Translations under genes and position numbers: made by a program
From: Octopus vulgaris
Taxonomy: Eukaryota
Length of the DNA stretch: 64,000 bases
Assembly: GCA_951406725.2 (NCBI GenBank)
Contig: OX597819.1
Span: 107,632,001 to 107,696,000 of the forward strand
Direction: 5' to 3'
In this document: one piece after another, positions 24,663-37,285 of the stretch
Layout: every line of letters starts with the position of its first letter
Numbering within the stretch: the first letter of the stretch is position 1
Notes under the pieces: generated by a model
Told to the model about the DNA's origin: nothing
Database searches by the model: none
What the model saw: only the letters and a program-made list of their open reading frames with translations

Positions 24663-25695
24663 ATGAATATATGTATTCCCCAAAACAGAAAAATAGCTTT
24701 TAGCCAACACATAGATACTTGCGCCAACAAAAAAACACCAAGCTTCAGGATTTTCCCCCTCTACCAATTTAGGGACGATACAACCTCGAGACAACGAATA
24801 AGTAAAGAAACTCTCTTTATTGCAAAATACAGGCCACTTCTTAACGGGTCTACGACAAACAATTAATATACCTCAACTTTAGAATAAAAGAAATATTCAC
24901 ACACAAATATTACATTCCAAAGAATCCATTACTAATCACAGCTATAATCCATAACATACCAACTTCAAGTCATACAACACCTCACTACTTTAACCCATTC
25001 ATATTCTCCCTTCTCTGTTTTTTTCTTCTTCTTCTTCCTCTTCTTCTTCATCATCATCATTATCATCATCATCGTCGTCATAATCATCACCACCATCACC
25101 ATCATCGTCATCTTCTCCTTCTCCTTCTTCTTCTTCTTCTTCATCATCATCCTCATCAACATCGTCATCTTCTTCTTCTTCTTCTCCTTCTTCTTCTTCT
25201 TCTTCTTTTTCTTCTCCTTCTTCTTCTTCTTCTTCTTCTTCTTCTTCTACTTCTCCACCTCCTACCCCTTAACTTTGTCACTAATGTCTTTTAGTTTAAC
25301 ACCTACGCAAATTCTATAAACAAGCCTGTCAATATAAATATTCTCCTGAATTGAACTGAGACTGCCAGCCGCCACTGACCATTCAAAATACGACCATCAG
25401 GGCACTCCCAGATTCTCCCACCCCCTTTCCTCACCAGTCTTCTTCCTCTACTACCCTACCAAGAACTCACAACGACCTCCAACACACAAGTGCAAACAAG
25501 GGAGTCAGAGAAAGGCAGAATGCCACTTAAATCTGAACACTACTATAGAAATATTCTTTTAAAAAAACTTTTCTTCTAATTTTTCTAAATTTAATTATTT
25601 AATCGTTACAGTTCAAAAGGTCTCAAAATGACCGAAACCGGTACTGAAATGTTCACTATAAAATTATTTTAGCATTTTCTATTTTTGACTTGTTT

Positions 25696-25700
<5 letters not shown>
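24663..25700 (+). mobile_element. Penelope-like 3' fragment: GIY-YIG C-terminus, (CTT/CAT)n-rich UTR, degenerate HHR (25609-25646, family J), (TA)n end
   Basis: FSQHIDTC..RISKETLFIAKYRPLLN is typical of PLE C-termini; CAG-TTCAAAA-GGTC..GACC-GAAAC-CG-GTA-CTG; its 3' end recurs inverted at about 21300-21372. Confidence 0.7.
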
Positions 25701-25744
<44 letters not shown>

Positions 25745-26182
25745 TACATATACAAACTCACATACATAATACATACATACGCACATATGTTTGAGCGAAT
25801 ATGTGTCTTAAAAATATTAAATCAAAAGTTTTTATTTAAAATCTCTTAAATTAGAGGAAGGAGGTTAAATTACGGAAGGAGGTTTCTATGTAAGCAGTTT
25901 CCGCTCTTTTAAGCTTTTCAACTATTCATGTTTTAAAGTAAACTGTACAGTAGTACTTCCAAAGATTTTTTTTACATAATTGATAATTTTTTATTTCAGA
26001 AAATCTTTCTTTCAAATATAGTGACTTTGTTAATAAATCTTTGTATAATACTTTCTTAATATGCATGTGTGTATAAATATAAATATAAATGTATACATAA
26101 GTATATATGTATGTGTATACGTATGTATATATGTGTATGTACCTACGTAGCTAATGTGTAAGGTATATATATATATATATAG

Positions 26183-26353
26183 GAAAAATTTAATCATTAC
26201 AAATTGTGACTGAGGCTGCTAAATAGTAACTATATTTCAAGAAATAGGAGTTAAAATCCCTTAGTGCTTCGAGTTTACAACTGATAGACGAAACTAATCT
26301 AGTCCAGTGTGCTGCTAGCTTCGCTCATAGGGCGGTTATCTCCCTTCTCAGTT

Positions 26354-26426
<73 letters not shown>

Positions 26427-27065
26427 GCACTGAGAGGGGAGATAACCGCCCTATGAGCGAAGCTAGCAGCACACTGGACTAGATTAGTTTCGTCTATCAG
26501 TTGTAAACTCGAAGCAGTTCCTACTCCATGACGTGGATGGGTTGGCTGAATCGATCTGTCAATATATTTACTTACCATATAAATTGGTGGCTGGTTTAAC
26601 GAAATGCTAATGTGTTTAGTAAAAATTGATATAAACAGTTAAACGCAATATAAGAGGAAGATATAACTTCACTAATTGTGACTGGGGATGCTGAATATCC
26701 CCTATATTGTATGAGTATATGGAATAGGCACTACTGGCGAGTCTACAACGTCATGGTGCGGTTATCTCTCTTGTCAGTGTATATATATTATGCGTTGCAT
26801 ACAGCATTAAGAGTTTTAACTCTTATTTCTTGAAATTTGAAATCATCCGAGTGATGGAGTAGGCACTGCTGACGAGTCTACAACTGATAGACGAAACTAG
26901 TCTTGTCCAGTTCTCCTAGCTTCGCTCCTGGGCGGTGGTTATCTCTCCTGTCAGTGTATAGATATTCTATGCTGCATACAGCATTAAGGGTTTTAACTCT
27001 TATTTCTTGCAATATAAGTGCTATTCAACACCCTCAGTTACAATTAGTGACGATTGAATTTGTCT
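26183..27065. mobile_element. Rearranged multi-copy HHR element, family K
   Basis: Terminal inverted about 85 bp (26183-26268 vs about 26980-27065); essentially perfect inner inverted repeat 26265-26352 / 26429-26516 around (TA)n; tandem copies at about 26720 and 26855. Confidence 0.75.
26865..26911 (+). ncRNA. Type I hammerhead ribozyme, family K
   Basis: ACTG-CTGACGA-GTCTA-CAACTGA-TAGAC-GAAAC-TAGTCTT-GTC-CAGT; canonical core, G-C closing pair, GUC site. Confidence 0.9.
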
Positions 27066-27134
27066 TTTTTGGTCTTTTATTGCACCTTCTGTTTGTCGAT
27101 ATAAATATACCTATTTTGTCATATAGTATGACAT

Positions 27135-27295
27135 TCACCGTCTTTGGTCTGAGTTCAAATTCCGCCAGGGTCGACTTTGCCTTTCATTCCTTCGAGGTTG
27201 ATAAAATAAATACCAGTTGAGCACTGGGTTAGATGCGATTGACTTACCCCACCCACCCCAAATTGCTGTCCTTATGCCAAACTTTGAAATCAATA
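27135..27295 (+). mobile_element. SINE family B fragment
   Basis: CTGAGTTCAAATTCCGCCAGGGTCGACTTTGCCTTTCATTCC. Confidence 0.8.
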
Positions 27296-27638
27296 TAGTA
27301 TGGCTTTCAAAACAAAATGTTCTTAACATATCAGCAATATCCCTTATCAAACTTTTGTTAATGCATTTTAAAACTATATTTTCAGCGGATGTGTTACGTA
27401 CAGTAGTGAAATATAAGCACTGAATTTGAAAGATAGCAGAAAATAGCACAAACATTATAAACTGAATACAGTCTTAAATTAACTTGTCTATAATGAATTT
27501 CAAATTATTTAATTTTTATATAAAATAATTCAGATTTATAGTTTAAGTCTGGATAGGCACTGACTGCATTGCCGTCATTTAATATGTGCACGTGTGTCTT
27601 TTGTGTGTGCGTATGTGTGTGTATGCGTGTGTGTATGC

Positions 27639-27726
<88 letters not shown>

Positions 27727-28124
27727 ACGCGTGTGGTGTGTGTGTTTCATCTTTTGCGTACTTCCAGTCCTGAAGTGAACGATTAGGTAAACGGTAACGA
27801 TAGGAAAATTTACTAAGAAACACGTTGATCAGCTATATTTCACTTCTTTTTATTGTTATTAGTGAAATGGTAAACTAAGTAGCCAATTAACTAATGGATT
27901 CCTTGATTAATAGTTCGATTAATTAATCAAGCAGCTAACGAAAACATTCATGGACGAGGGGACGAGTGGCGACGAAAGGGATCTGATAAACCAGCTTATT
28001 GATTGATTAATTAACCGATCGATCAAGTAAATGATTATCTAATTGGTTTCTTGGTTAACTAATTCATCAATGATAGCTCGTATAAAACAAAGCATCAATA
28101 ACGTAAATAATAATCACGTTTTCT

Positions 28125-28312
28125 TCTATAGGTACGAGGCCTGAAATTTCCGTGGATTACATTGACCTCAGGGTTCGACTCGTACTTAATTTGTTTACAA
28201 AGAAAGGATAAAAGGCAAAGTCGACGTTGGCGGAATTTGGATTCATAATGTATATCCGGAAAAGATGCCGTTAAGCATTTGGCCCGACGTGCTAGCAATC
28301 TGCCAGTTCGCT
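28125..28312 (-). mobile_element. SINE family B, degenerate
   Basis: AAAGGCAAAGTCGACGTTGGCGGAATTTG..AAGCATTTGGCCCGACGTGCTAG. Confidence 0.75.
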
Positions 28313-28325
28313 GCTGCAAGACTAA

Positions 28326-28327
28326 TG

Positions 28328-28401
<74 letters not shown>

Positions 28402-28436
28402 AATAATAATAATAATAATAATAGTAATAATAATAA
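28326..28436. repeat. (TAA)n/(TGA)n microsatellite
   Basis: Directly visible. Confidence 0.95.
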
Positions 28437-28569
28437 AATATTACAAAATGATAATAAACTAATACAGAAATACCTGCTTCAGAAGCATAAAAAACTAATA
28501 CAAAACACTAAGAAAACAAATAAACTGTTTTCTGTCTTTAAGGAAGCTGACAAATGCAAAAAAGAAGCC

Positions 28570-28915
28570 ATAGTACCTAACAACTATGAAGAACCAGCAG
28601 ATGATAATATTTCTCTACAAGAAACGGAGAAACTTTCAAAACACAATAGAGATAACTCGAATGTGGAGCCTAAAAACAATTCCTATTATAGTTGGCACAT
28701 TAGGTATGATAAAAGAATATTCAGATAAATACATAGCAAAAACACCAGGATTTACAAGTATATTAACATACACAAAATAGCACTACTTTGCACCGCATAC
28801 ATCCTACGTAAAACACTTTCAATACAGTGAAAATAAGAGCACTACATCAGACCACAGCACTTACCTAAGGTGCAGAGAGCTGCGCCCGGTAGTGCACTGG
28901 AAAGCACGTGATAAA
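28570..28915 (+). pseudogene. R4/Dong-like LINE 3' end (restriction-like endonuclease tail and 3' UTR)
   Basis: IEITRMWSLKTIPIIVGTLGMI..IALLCTAYILRKTLSIQ*. Confidence 0.7.
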
Positions 28916-28939
28916 AAGAAGACTACTGAAGAAGAAAAA

Positions 28940-29189
28940 GATAATGAAGAAGGAGGACGACGACGACGAGAAGGAGGAGGAGGAGGAGGACGAGGATGAG
29001 GGCGGAGTCGAGGAGGAGGACGAGGATGAGGGCGGAGTCGAGGAGGACAACGAGGAGAACGAGGACAAGGGGGAAGAGGAGGAAGAAGAAGAAGAAGAAG
29101 AAGAAGAAGAAGAAGAAGAAGAAGAAGAAGAAGAAGAAGAAGAAGAAGAAGAAGAAGAAGAAGAAGAAGAAGAAGAAGAAGAAGAAGAA
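28940..29189. repeat. (GAG/GAC)n-(GAA)n tract with an internal 30-bp duplication
   Basis: Directly visible; poly-E/K ORFs here are artefacts. Confidence 0.9.
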
Positions 29190-29549
29190 TTAAGTTTTTC
29201 ACTGAATTTGTGAGTTCTTTACTTTTCGCCATTATTACGATACTACTGAATGAAGAAGCTAGTGTTTTGACACTTAAAAATGACAACTGATAAGATTATT
29301 GGAACAAACGAGAAAGTTCTAGTAAAAAAAAATTATTTTAACAGTATTTTGTGGCATAGAAAATCATAAATTTATTCTGTACGAATACTTTTTCATCCCT
29401 AAATATTTATAATTGAATATAAATTCCTTAGTTACTATGATTTATAAGTTTCTTTTGCATATTCTTAGTTTATGCATGTGTATGCAAATATGGTACTGGT
29501 ATATCTCATTTATGTTCAGTAGAAATTAAATAATTAAAGAATTTTGACG

Positions 29550-29712
29550 AGGCGCAGGAGTGGCTGTGTGGTAAGTAGCTTGCTAACCAACCTCATGGTT
29601 CCGGGTTCAGTCCCACTGCGTGGCACCTTGGGCAAGTGTCTTCTGTTATAGCCCCGGGCCGACCAATGCCTTGTGAGTGGATTTGGTAGACGGAAACTGA
29701 AAGAAGCCTGTC

Positions 29713-29774
<62 letters not shown>

Positions 29775-30000
29775 GTGTGTTTGTGTGTCTGTGTTTGTCC
29801 CCCTAGCATTGCTTGACAACCGATGCTGGTGTGTTTACGTCCCCGTCACTTAGCGGTTCGGCAAAAAGAGACCGATAGAATAAGTACTGGGCTTACAAAG
29901 AATAAAGTCCCGGGGTCGATTTGTTCGATTAAAGGCGGTGCTCCAGCATGGCCGCAGTCAAATGACTGAAACAAGTAAAAGAGTAAAAGAGTAAAAGAGT
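29550..30000 (+). mobile_element. Full-length tRNA-derived SINE family A (CORE-like segment; resembles octopus OR-type SINEs)
   Basis: A box TGGCTGTGTGG, B box GGTTCAGTCCC, CACCTTGGGCAAGTG, internal (TA)n(TG)n, tail GGCGGTGCTCCAGCATGGCCGCAG..(GTAAAAGA)3. Confidence 0.9.
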
Positions 30001-30611
30001 TACGAATATTTATTCCCCCCCCCCACATTTTACATACCTTGTGCTATGAGGGCCATCGGTTCTTCGTTGGCTCTCCTCACTCGCACAAAATTTGGTCTGT
30101 GTGGTTGACAGAAAACGTGTATAATTACTATGCTGCATCTGAAAGTGTCTGAAAATTATTTGCAGTCTATTCGTTTGCATCAAAAAACATCAAATAATGT
30201 TATTGATACAACATGATACTGTACTCAAACGAAGCTTGCCTAAAGATTTCGCCTTTAGATAACTTTCAATATTCAAACAAAAAATGCATACGCACATTTG
30301 TTCCTCTTAAAATTCCAAGAAAGTAAATGCTACCACGTAAATGGAAGCTTATTATTTGTTTGGAAATTCTTAGAATTTTCGGCAAACGCGTGGTATTATC
30401 GAAAATTTTAATATACTTAAACCTCGTATTTTTTATAGGTATTCTTTCTGTGTAATAATATTAAATTCATAATATACAGTATCGCACTAAGAGTCGATTC
30501 AATTTTTGGTTAGTTCGATCTATTTCCAGTTTTCTTATAGATTTTCAAGACGTAGTAATACACGTGTTAGCAGTAAGTTGCCATACACACATACAAACAT
30601 ACAAACATACA

Positions 30612-30651
<40 letters not shown>

Positions 30652-30699
30652 AACATACATATATACATACAAACATACATATATACATACAAACATACA

Positions 30700-30745
<46 letters not shown>

Positions 30746-30780
30746 ACAAGCCACACATGCATACATTACATACATATAGG

Positions 30781-30826
<46 letters not shown>

Positions 30827-31049
30827 CTTACATTATGCTCTTTACAGTTACACGTCAAAGCGAAATGAAGAGAATAAAAGAGAATACGAGGAATAAAAAG
30901 AAGACCTGATAATTCATCTGAAAATGGAATAGTTTAAATGAATTCAAGGAATATTTCATCTATATAAAACATGCGAAGCATTTCTTTAATCTGTACTCAC
31001 TGATATTTCCTTAATTCGTTCCTGTTTTTGCTATTGCTATGGTGAGGGA

Positions 31050-31295
31050 TAGCGGTGGTGGCAGCATCGGTGCTGGTGTTGGTGATGGTGGTGATGGTTG
31101 TGGTGGTAGTGGTGACGGCGGCGGCGGTGGTGGTGGTGGTGGTGGTGGTGGTGGTGGTGGTGGTGGTGGTGGTGGTGGTGGTGGTGGTGGTGATGGTGGT
31201 GGTGGTGGTGGTGGCAGTGGTGGTAGTCGTCGTCGTCGTGGTTGGTGGTGGCGGTAGTTATGGTTGTGATGGTAGAGGCGGTGGTGGTGCTGCTA
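31050..31295. repeat. (GGT)n-rich tract
   Basis: Directly visible. Confidence 0.9.
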
Positions 31296-34200
31296 CTGGG
31301 TCCGGGGCTCATGCTGATGCTGACTGTTTATATCCATGTCACCTCTGGTCGAGAAAATTTTGATCTGATATGTTCCAGTTAAGTAAATTGTGAATGTTAA
31401 AAAATATAGTATTTCTATTATTACATTGGTTTATGTGTTCACTTTAGTCAATTAACCCCAACTCATCGGATCTGTCCAAGCTATGATCAGATATATTCTG
31501 CACGTCACCATTCTGCCTTTGATTCAGGTATAACGTGTGGGGACTACATTTCCTAATATCGCGCTCCTTGTTGATAATTTTTAGAGTTAGTTCATTACTG
31601 ATCCGGATATAGTCAGAGTTTAGCTCTTTTCGAAATTTGAATTGCACCCGTGCCCCTATATCATTCATGTTATTACTATAACATGAAATGAAAGTAAATT
31701 ACCATCAGCAATGTATGATAATTGCACTTATATCATACACAGTTATACAATTCACAATGTATGTTAATTGCAGTTATAGCATTCATAGCAAAAGAGGCGA
31801 CCTTTTGCAAAGATAAATTTCAGCCTAAGCATATACGATTTTAAGAAGAGATAAATGTAGACTGAACATTAGTTAAAGATTGTCTAAAAAGAAATAATGG
31901 CTATAGAATTTTACAAAATATATCTTAGGAATATATAACATGTAAAAAAATTCTTATGATCGAGATTTGTATCTGATGCCGACTCACAAGTTACACACAC
32001 ACACACGTGTGTGTGTGTGTGTGTGTTTATACATATACATACACGCATACATACATAAATGCTAATATGCATGCATTCATGCATACATCCATTTATAATA
32101 CATTCATGCACACATACATGCATACATGATCTAGAGATTGTACTAAAGTTCACTTTGAGCATAACACGTTTTTTATTCACTTTATTAAATTTTGAACTGA
32201 GAATAATAAAATACAAAGAGAACTGAAATATACTGGGATGAACTTTACAACGTCTATTGTTACATACTGTTTCTCATTCAGCGTTGCCAAACATCTTTAT
32301 AAAAATTGCTAATCACTATTATTTCTGTGATTTTCTCGTACCATTAAACACTACAGTACCCGTTAGTAAACTATTGTAACATGTAATATATGACACAAGT
32401 TCTTTAGTTCTAAACGACTTCAGTAAATTGAATTCTCCAAACTTACACGTTGTCTTCGATTTTAGCAAAACATTTTCTGAATGTGTGGAACTTTTATCAT
32501 TACCATGTAAGTTTTTATACGAATGTCGCCCATATTCTGTCATTTTGCAGTTCAATATAATCGTCAATTATGCTCTGTGTAATGAACATTACCTTCCGTC
32601 TGCTCTCCTATAAGTCATTCAGCATTTGCATCAGTTTCTCGCTATTAATTTATACAACTAAAAAGCGTAGACTTTCATAAGTTTACTTGTTTCCAGATAA
32701 GGGACATTTTATTGTTTGTGTTTGTGTATTTTTTCTATCAACCTTCTGTCTCTTTTAGTGCCTTCAATGATTTCCCATCATTCAAAATGTTTTATTTACA
32801 TTATGCCACGACAATGAGACATAAATACTGTTAAAAGCGTCTGGCTGTTTTCTTTCTTCTCTTGAGCAGAAAACCTTCAACTGACCTTTACTATCACACA
32901 TGTGGCAACTGAGCATTCTAATCCGCGCTATAATTATCTTATTGACCTCATCACTGGTCCCTAAATCAGTCCCATCAGGAATCATGAGAGTCTGAATTTC
33001 CAAGCAGATATCAACTGATCACATATCGTTGCAGGTTACCCTTCACCCACTACTTTATTGAATTGTTGCGCAACGATAGCAACAATCCCGGGCTCAACAT
33101 CTGAGTCAATATGATTTTCATATTACTTAAAATGATGGACTATAGCAATGGGTCTTTGGGCATGTGGGGATTGTATAAATTCTAGTTTTTTTCTTTGTTG
33201 TCTGATCTTTGCTCTTAAAAACCACGTATATACTTGCTGATATGTCCTGCCCAGGTTGATAAAGTATGTACTCTGCACACGTTGAGAAAAGCTTTCCTCT
33301 GCTCCAATTTGGGGTAGGTATATAAACGCCTTTTTTTTCTATTTCTCTTACACATCATTGCTTCACGTTTATGTATTTCTTTGGCGAGATTCTTGATTTG
33401 AAAACGTGAGCTGGAACAGATATTGTTATACTCTGGAATGATGAAGAAAACTAAGTAAACACAAACAGAAAATGATAATATTAATAAAACTAATGTGAAG
33501 ATCAAATAAATAGTGCGCATGTTTAATTGGCAAAGGATGACCATACCCAAGTGTAACAACTACTGTTTTAAATTTCGAGAAAAGAAGCACATTCTTTTGC
33601 GGTACACTCCTCCATATCTTCTTTCTATTGTACTGGCTTGCTGAGAGGAAATCTTTGTGACCTTGGCAATGAATAAGCAGTTATTTCTGGTCTATTTGTT
33701 ATTGGTGTTTAATTTTGTCTTATCGCATTTCAAAATGGGATTATAACTATGTCCTTTTGATTAAGTGTCCATATTTTACTGCTTATCTTTTTTTTTTTTA
33801 GTTTGCTTGTGTTTAAAAAATTTCAAAAGTCAAGCGCCGGGTACACTACTGCTATAGTGACTAGCATCTTGTTCATTACATCAGAAGTAGCTATACTGAG
33901 CCACTAATGAACGATATGGAAATGTATGTATACAACACAAATGTCTCAGGTTAAACCTTCTTTTTTTACCCAGAATAATAAGGACGCTGAGATATTTCAA
34001 ACTTCTCTCTAGCTAAAATAAATTAAGCAAATGAAACATTTTTTCTAACCAATATCTTTTAAACGGTTTTCTATCAAACGTAACAGCTCTCAGCGAAGAA
34101 CAACAGTAGCAATATATTTAATCTCGGATTTGTGAAGATGATATTCGGGGGCTTAACATAACGTACTGACGAGTTTCATACGATGGATATTCCAGATTCT

Positions 34201-35155
34201 ATTATGTAATCTAACAGCCTTGTATTAAGCCTGATGCCTGTAATTTGAGATAGATTTATCAGCTATTTCTAATAGATTAAATGACCACTTAGCAACTCAG
34301 TTGCTGGCTCATTGCTACATAAGAATAACTTCAGAAAGCTATTTGTGCTGTTTGCATAACAAAAAATAGAAACTTAACATTGTCTTGGAAACAGTATATT
34401 TTATGTGATGCTCTTTCATCTCTTGAACGCACATTTTTTTACCTGTTTGTATATGATGTTTGATAAAACGTGAGAGGTGTGGCAACTGTCATTGTAATAA
34501 AAAAAAACTGGATTTTTTCATTTTAACATTTTATTTCGTGATTCACAGTGTCACTCCCCAACATGTAATTTTCTTCTTTTATTCGTCCCATTTCTTCTAC
34601 ACAAATGATTTTAAACAACACACACACACGCATGCACACACATATGTATATATAAATATATATATACAAACACATACACATATATATATATGCACACATA
34701 CACATATACATACATACACACACACACACACGCACCTTTTCATTTCGTATTCTTTATATTCTTAATGTGTTTTCTTTTTTCCAGTTTATTTCTCATATCT
34801 TTTATTTCCTATACTTTTTCTTAACTTTACAATCCTATACTCAGCATTGATTCCTATACATGCATTTACAGCAGAAACATGCATGAAATAGTACATGCAC
34901 ACGCATACACAGATAGACACACATGCTATTTCCTATCACACACACACATGCGCTCGCACGCACACACACACACACATATACATACACACACATGAATGTC
35001 AATCTAAATATTTGAAGATATTAAACTAACATAAAGCAACGAAAGACAAGATGCGCAGAGACTACAAAATAGCGCAACTTCCAAAGGAGAGTATGCTTGC
35101 TTCCATATATATTTATATACAAATGTAAATGCGCATACCTTAATGTGTGTGTGTC

Positions 35156-35451
35156 GAGGCGCAATGGCCCAGGGATCAGGGCAGCGGACTCGCGGTCGCA
35201 GGATCGCGGTTTCGATTCCCAGACCGGGCGTTGTGAGTGTTTATTGAGCGAAAACACCTAAAGCTCAACGAGGCTCCGGCAGGGGCTGGTGGTAGTCCCT
35301 CCTGTACTCTTTCGCCACAACTTTCTCTCACTCTTTCTTCTGTTGGCCTGCTCGCTTAGCCAGCGGGGTGGTGTCATTTGAAGACTAAAACAATGCGAAG
35401 CGAATTGTGACCAGCGATGTGTAGCAACATCTGATAGCCTGGTCGGTCACG

Positions 35452-35455
<4 letters not shown>
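35156..35455 (+). mobile_element. tRNA-derived SINE family C
   Basis: GAGGCGCAATGGCCCAGGG..GGTTTCGATTCCCAGACCGGGC; head related to 62092 and about 48170. Confidence 0.75.
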
Positions 35456-35511
<56 letters not shown>

Positions 35512-35514
<3 letters not shown>

Positions 35515-35826
35515 TAAGCAATTAAGGGTTTAGCAACGAATTGCCTCACCAAAACACCGAATTTAGAAATAGCAGTCAAAGAGATATAGCTATTCCTTCT
35601 ACTAAAAGGGAGATCTCAGTAAAAACACAGCACTTGAAAGGCAAACACAGACAGGTAAGAAAGAATGAAATGACGGCAATCTATCATACAATTTTAAGTT
35701 ACCTACGGACGTACGTTTCGAAATCAAGTTTTAGGAAAGCATAAGAATTAGAAAATTCTACCTTACCCAAACTTCTTTTCTCATCGGCGTAGGATACTAC
35801 AATTATGAATAATTGTATATTAAATT
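35512..35826 (-). mobile_element. HHR element family L abutting (TA)n; HHR at 35702-35793
   Basis: CCTACG-CCGATGA-GAAA..TTTC-GAAAC-GTAC-GTC-CGTAGG; close homolog at 42160-42463. Confidence 0.8.
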
Positions 35827-35844
35827 TTATATGCAATTTTTTTA

Positions 35845-37085
35845 TCACATTGGCTTGGTAGGTCCGGGTTCATAAAGCTTTGATTTTTAGCAGCTAATAT
35901 GAAAACTTCACTCTCTGCTTTTAGCCCTGAGCTTCGTAACATTGATGCGTGTGTTTCTGGTCGACGTCATCTTGTTTGCTGCGGGCCACATATTTGCATG
36001 CATAGATTTCTGTTCCCATCTGCTAGCTAATTTTTCATGTGCTTTTGTCTTAGCAATTAATTTTATTTTCTTTGTAGCAGCTGTTGGCACATTTCCTTCA
36101 ATTTGGTAGGTATCTAAGAGATCAGTAGCGAATGTTTTGCACTCTTTCAGAATAGAGTGAAGTTTTTTCGGTCTTTCATGTTTTTCAACAAGATTTAGCA
36201 TCCAATCGTTGGTTGTTTCAGGGTATTTGGCCAGTCCGATTGTGGTGGTTTCGTACGTAAGGTCAAGCTGGATCAAGCTTCGACCTCCCAGAGCTCTGGG
36301 AAGGTAAAGACGATCCACGTCTGCCTTTGGATGGTGCATCTTATTACAAATCAGTAGCTTGCAGATTTTTCTATAGATTTTCATTATTTCACTGGTATTC
36401 CAGTTAAGCACATTGAAGCTATAAAGAACAACTGGGACTGCTAAGGAATTTATGGCTAACACCTTATTAAATGCATTCAGCTCAGACTTCAGGACTGCTC
36501 GAACTCTTCTATAACATTCCTTCCTAACCTTCTCTTTCGTGCTTGCACGCTGGATACCAGAACCTTCATTTATTCCTAGGTATATATATATATATTTATT
36601 CCTAGTTCCTTTATTACTGTTTCGACATCTAATTCGATTGAACTTGACTTTACCAACTTCTCTTTCTTAAAAGTGGCTTTGGCACACTTTTCAAGGCCAA
36701 ACACCATCCCGATATCATCACTGAATCCTTTCACAGTATGTAATAATCCTTCAAGCTCTTCATCATCTTCGTCATATAGCTATAAATCATCCATTTAAAA
36801 CAGATGGCTTATTTTCCTGTTGTCAATTTTGTAGCCACACCCTGTTCTATTCAGTTCACTTGAGTGGTATTAGTGCTATGCAGAAAATTAGTGGTGAAAG
36901 TGAGTCACCTTGGAAAATGCCACAGTTTATGCTAATATTGTTTGAGCACAATACTCCATTAGAATGATATAATTGGAGCTTCGTGTTCCATAGCGATATA
37001 TTATACTTTAAAAAATCTGAAATCACAGGAGAAATTTTGAAAATGTCCAACGATTTCAGAATCCACGAATGTGGCATGCTGACAA
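35845..37085 (-). pseudogene. R4/Dong-like LINE reverse transcriptase remnant
   Basis: MPHSWI, GIFQGDSLSPLIFC, HLF*MDDL, YLGI, AINSLAVPV, RLYLPRALGGR motifs. Confidence 0.85.
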
Positions 37086-37139
37086 AAAGAAGTAAACAAA
37101 GAAAATGAAGGGGGAAGAAAGGAAAGGAAATTCACAGTG

Positions 37140-37285
37140 ACAACGCTCTTCTCAATACTTGTGACCTACCAGTTAAGACAATCTTTTACACTTCATGCAT
37201 TGACGGTAAGTAAGGGACTGTTTTTTAAATAATTTTCAGTTCCGTTTTTTATCATTCCAAGTGCTCCTACAATCATTGGTATTTA
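37140..37285 (-). pseudogene. R4/Dong-like C-terminal fragment beside (TAA)n
   Basis: IPMIVGALGMIK, similar to the 28570-28915 piece. Confidence 0.55.

Noticed and set aside
29551-29620. tRNA-like sequences in SINE heads
   Set aside because: A and B boxes only, no full cloverleaf; part of multi-copy SINEs, not tRNA genes
29955-29980. SINE tail CAGTC-AAAT-GACT-GAAAC-AA-GTA resembles the 3' half of a hammerhead
   Set aside because: No CUGANGA or stem I upstream in any copy; better explained as the LINE-recognition stem-loop
34166-34200. CTGACGAG motif
   Set aside because: No matching GAAAC-GUH or stems nearby
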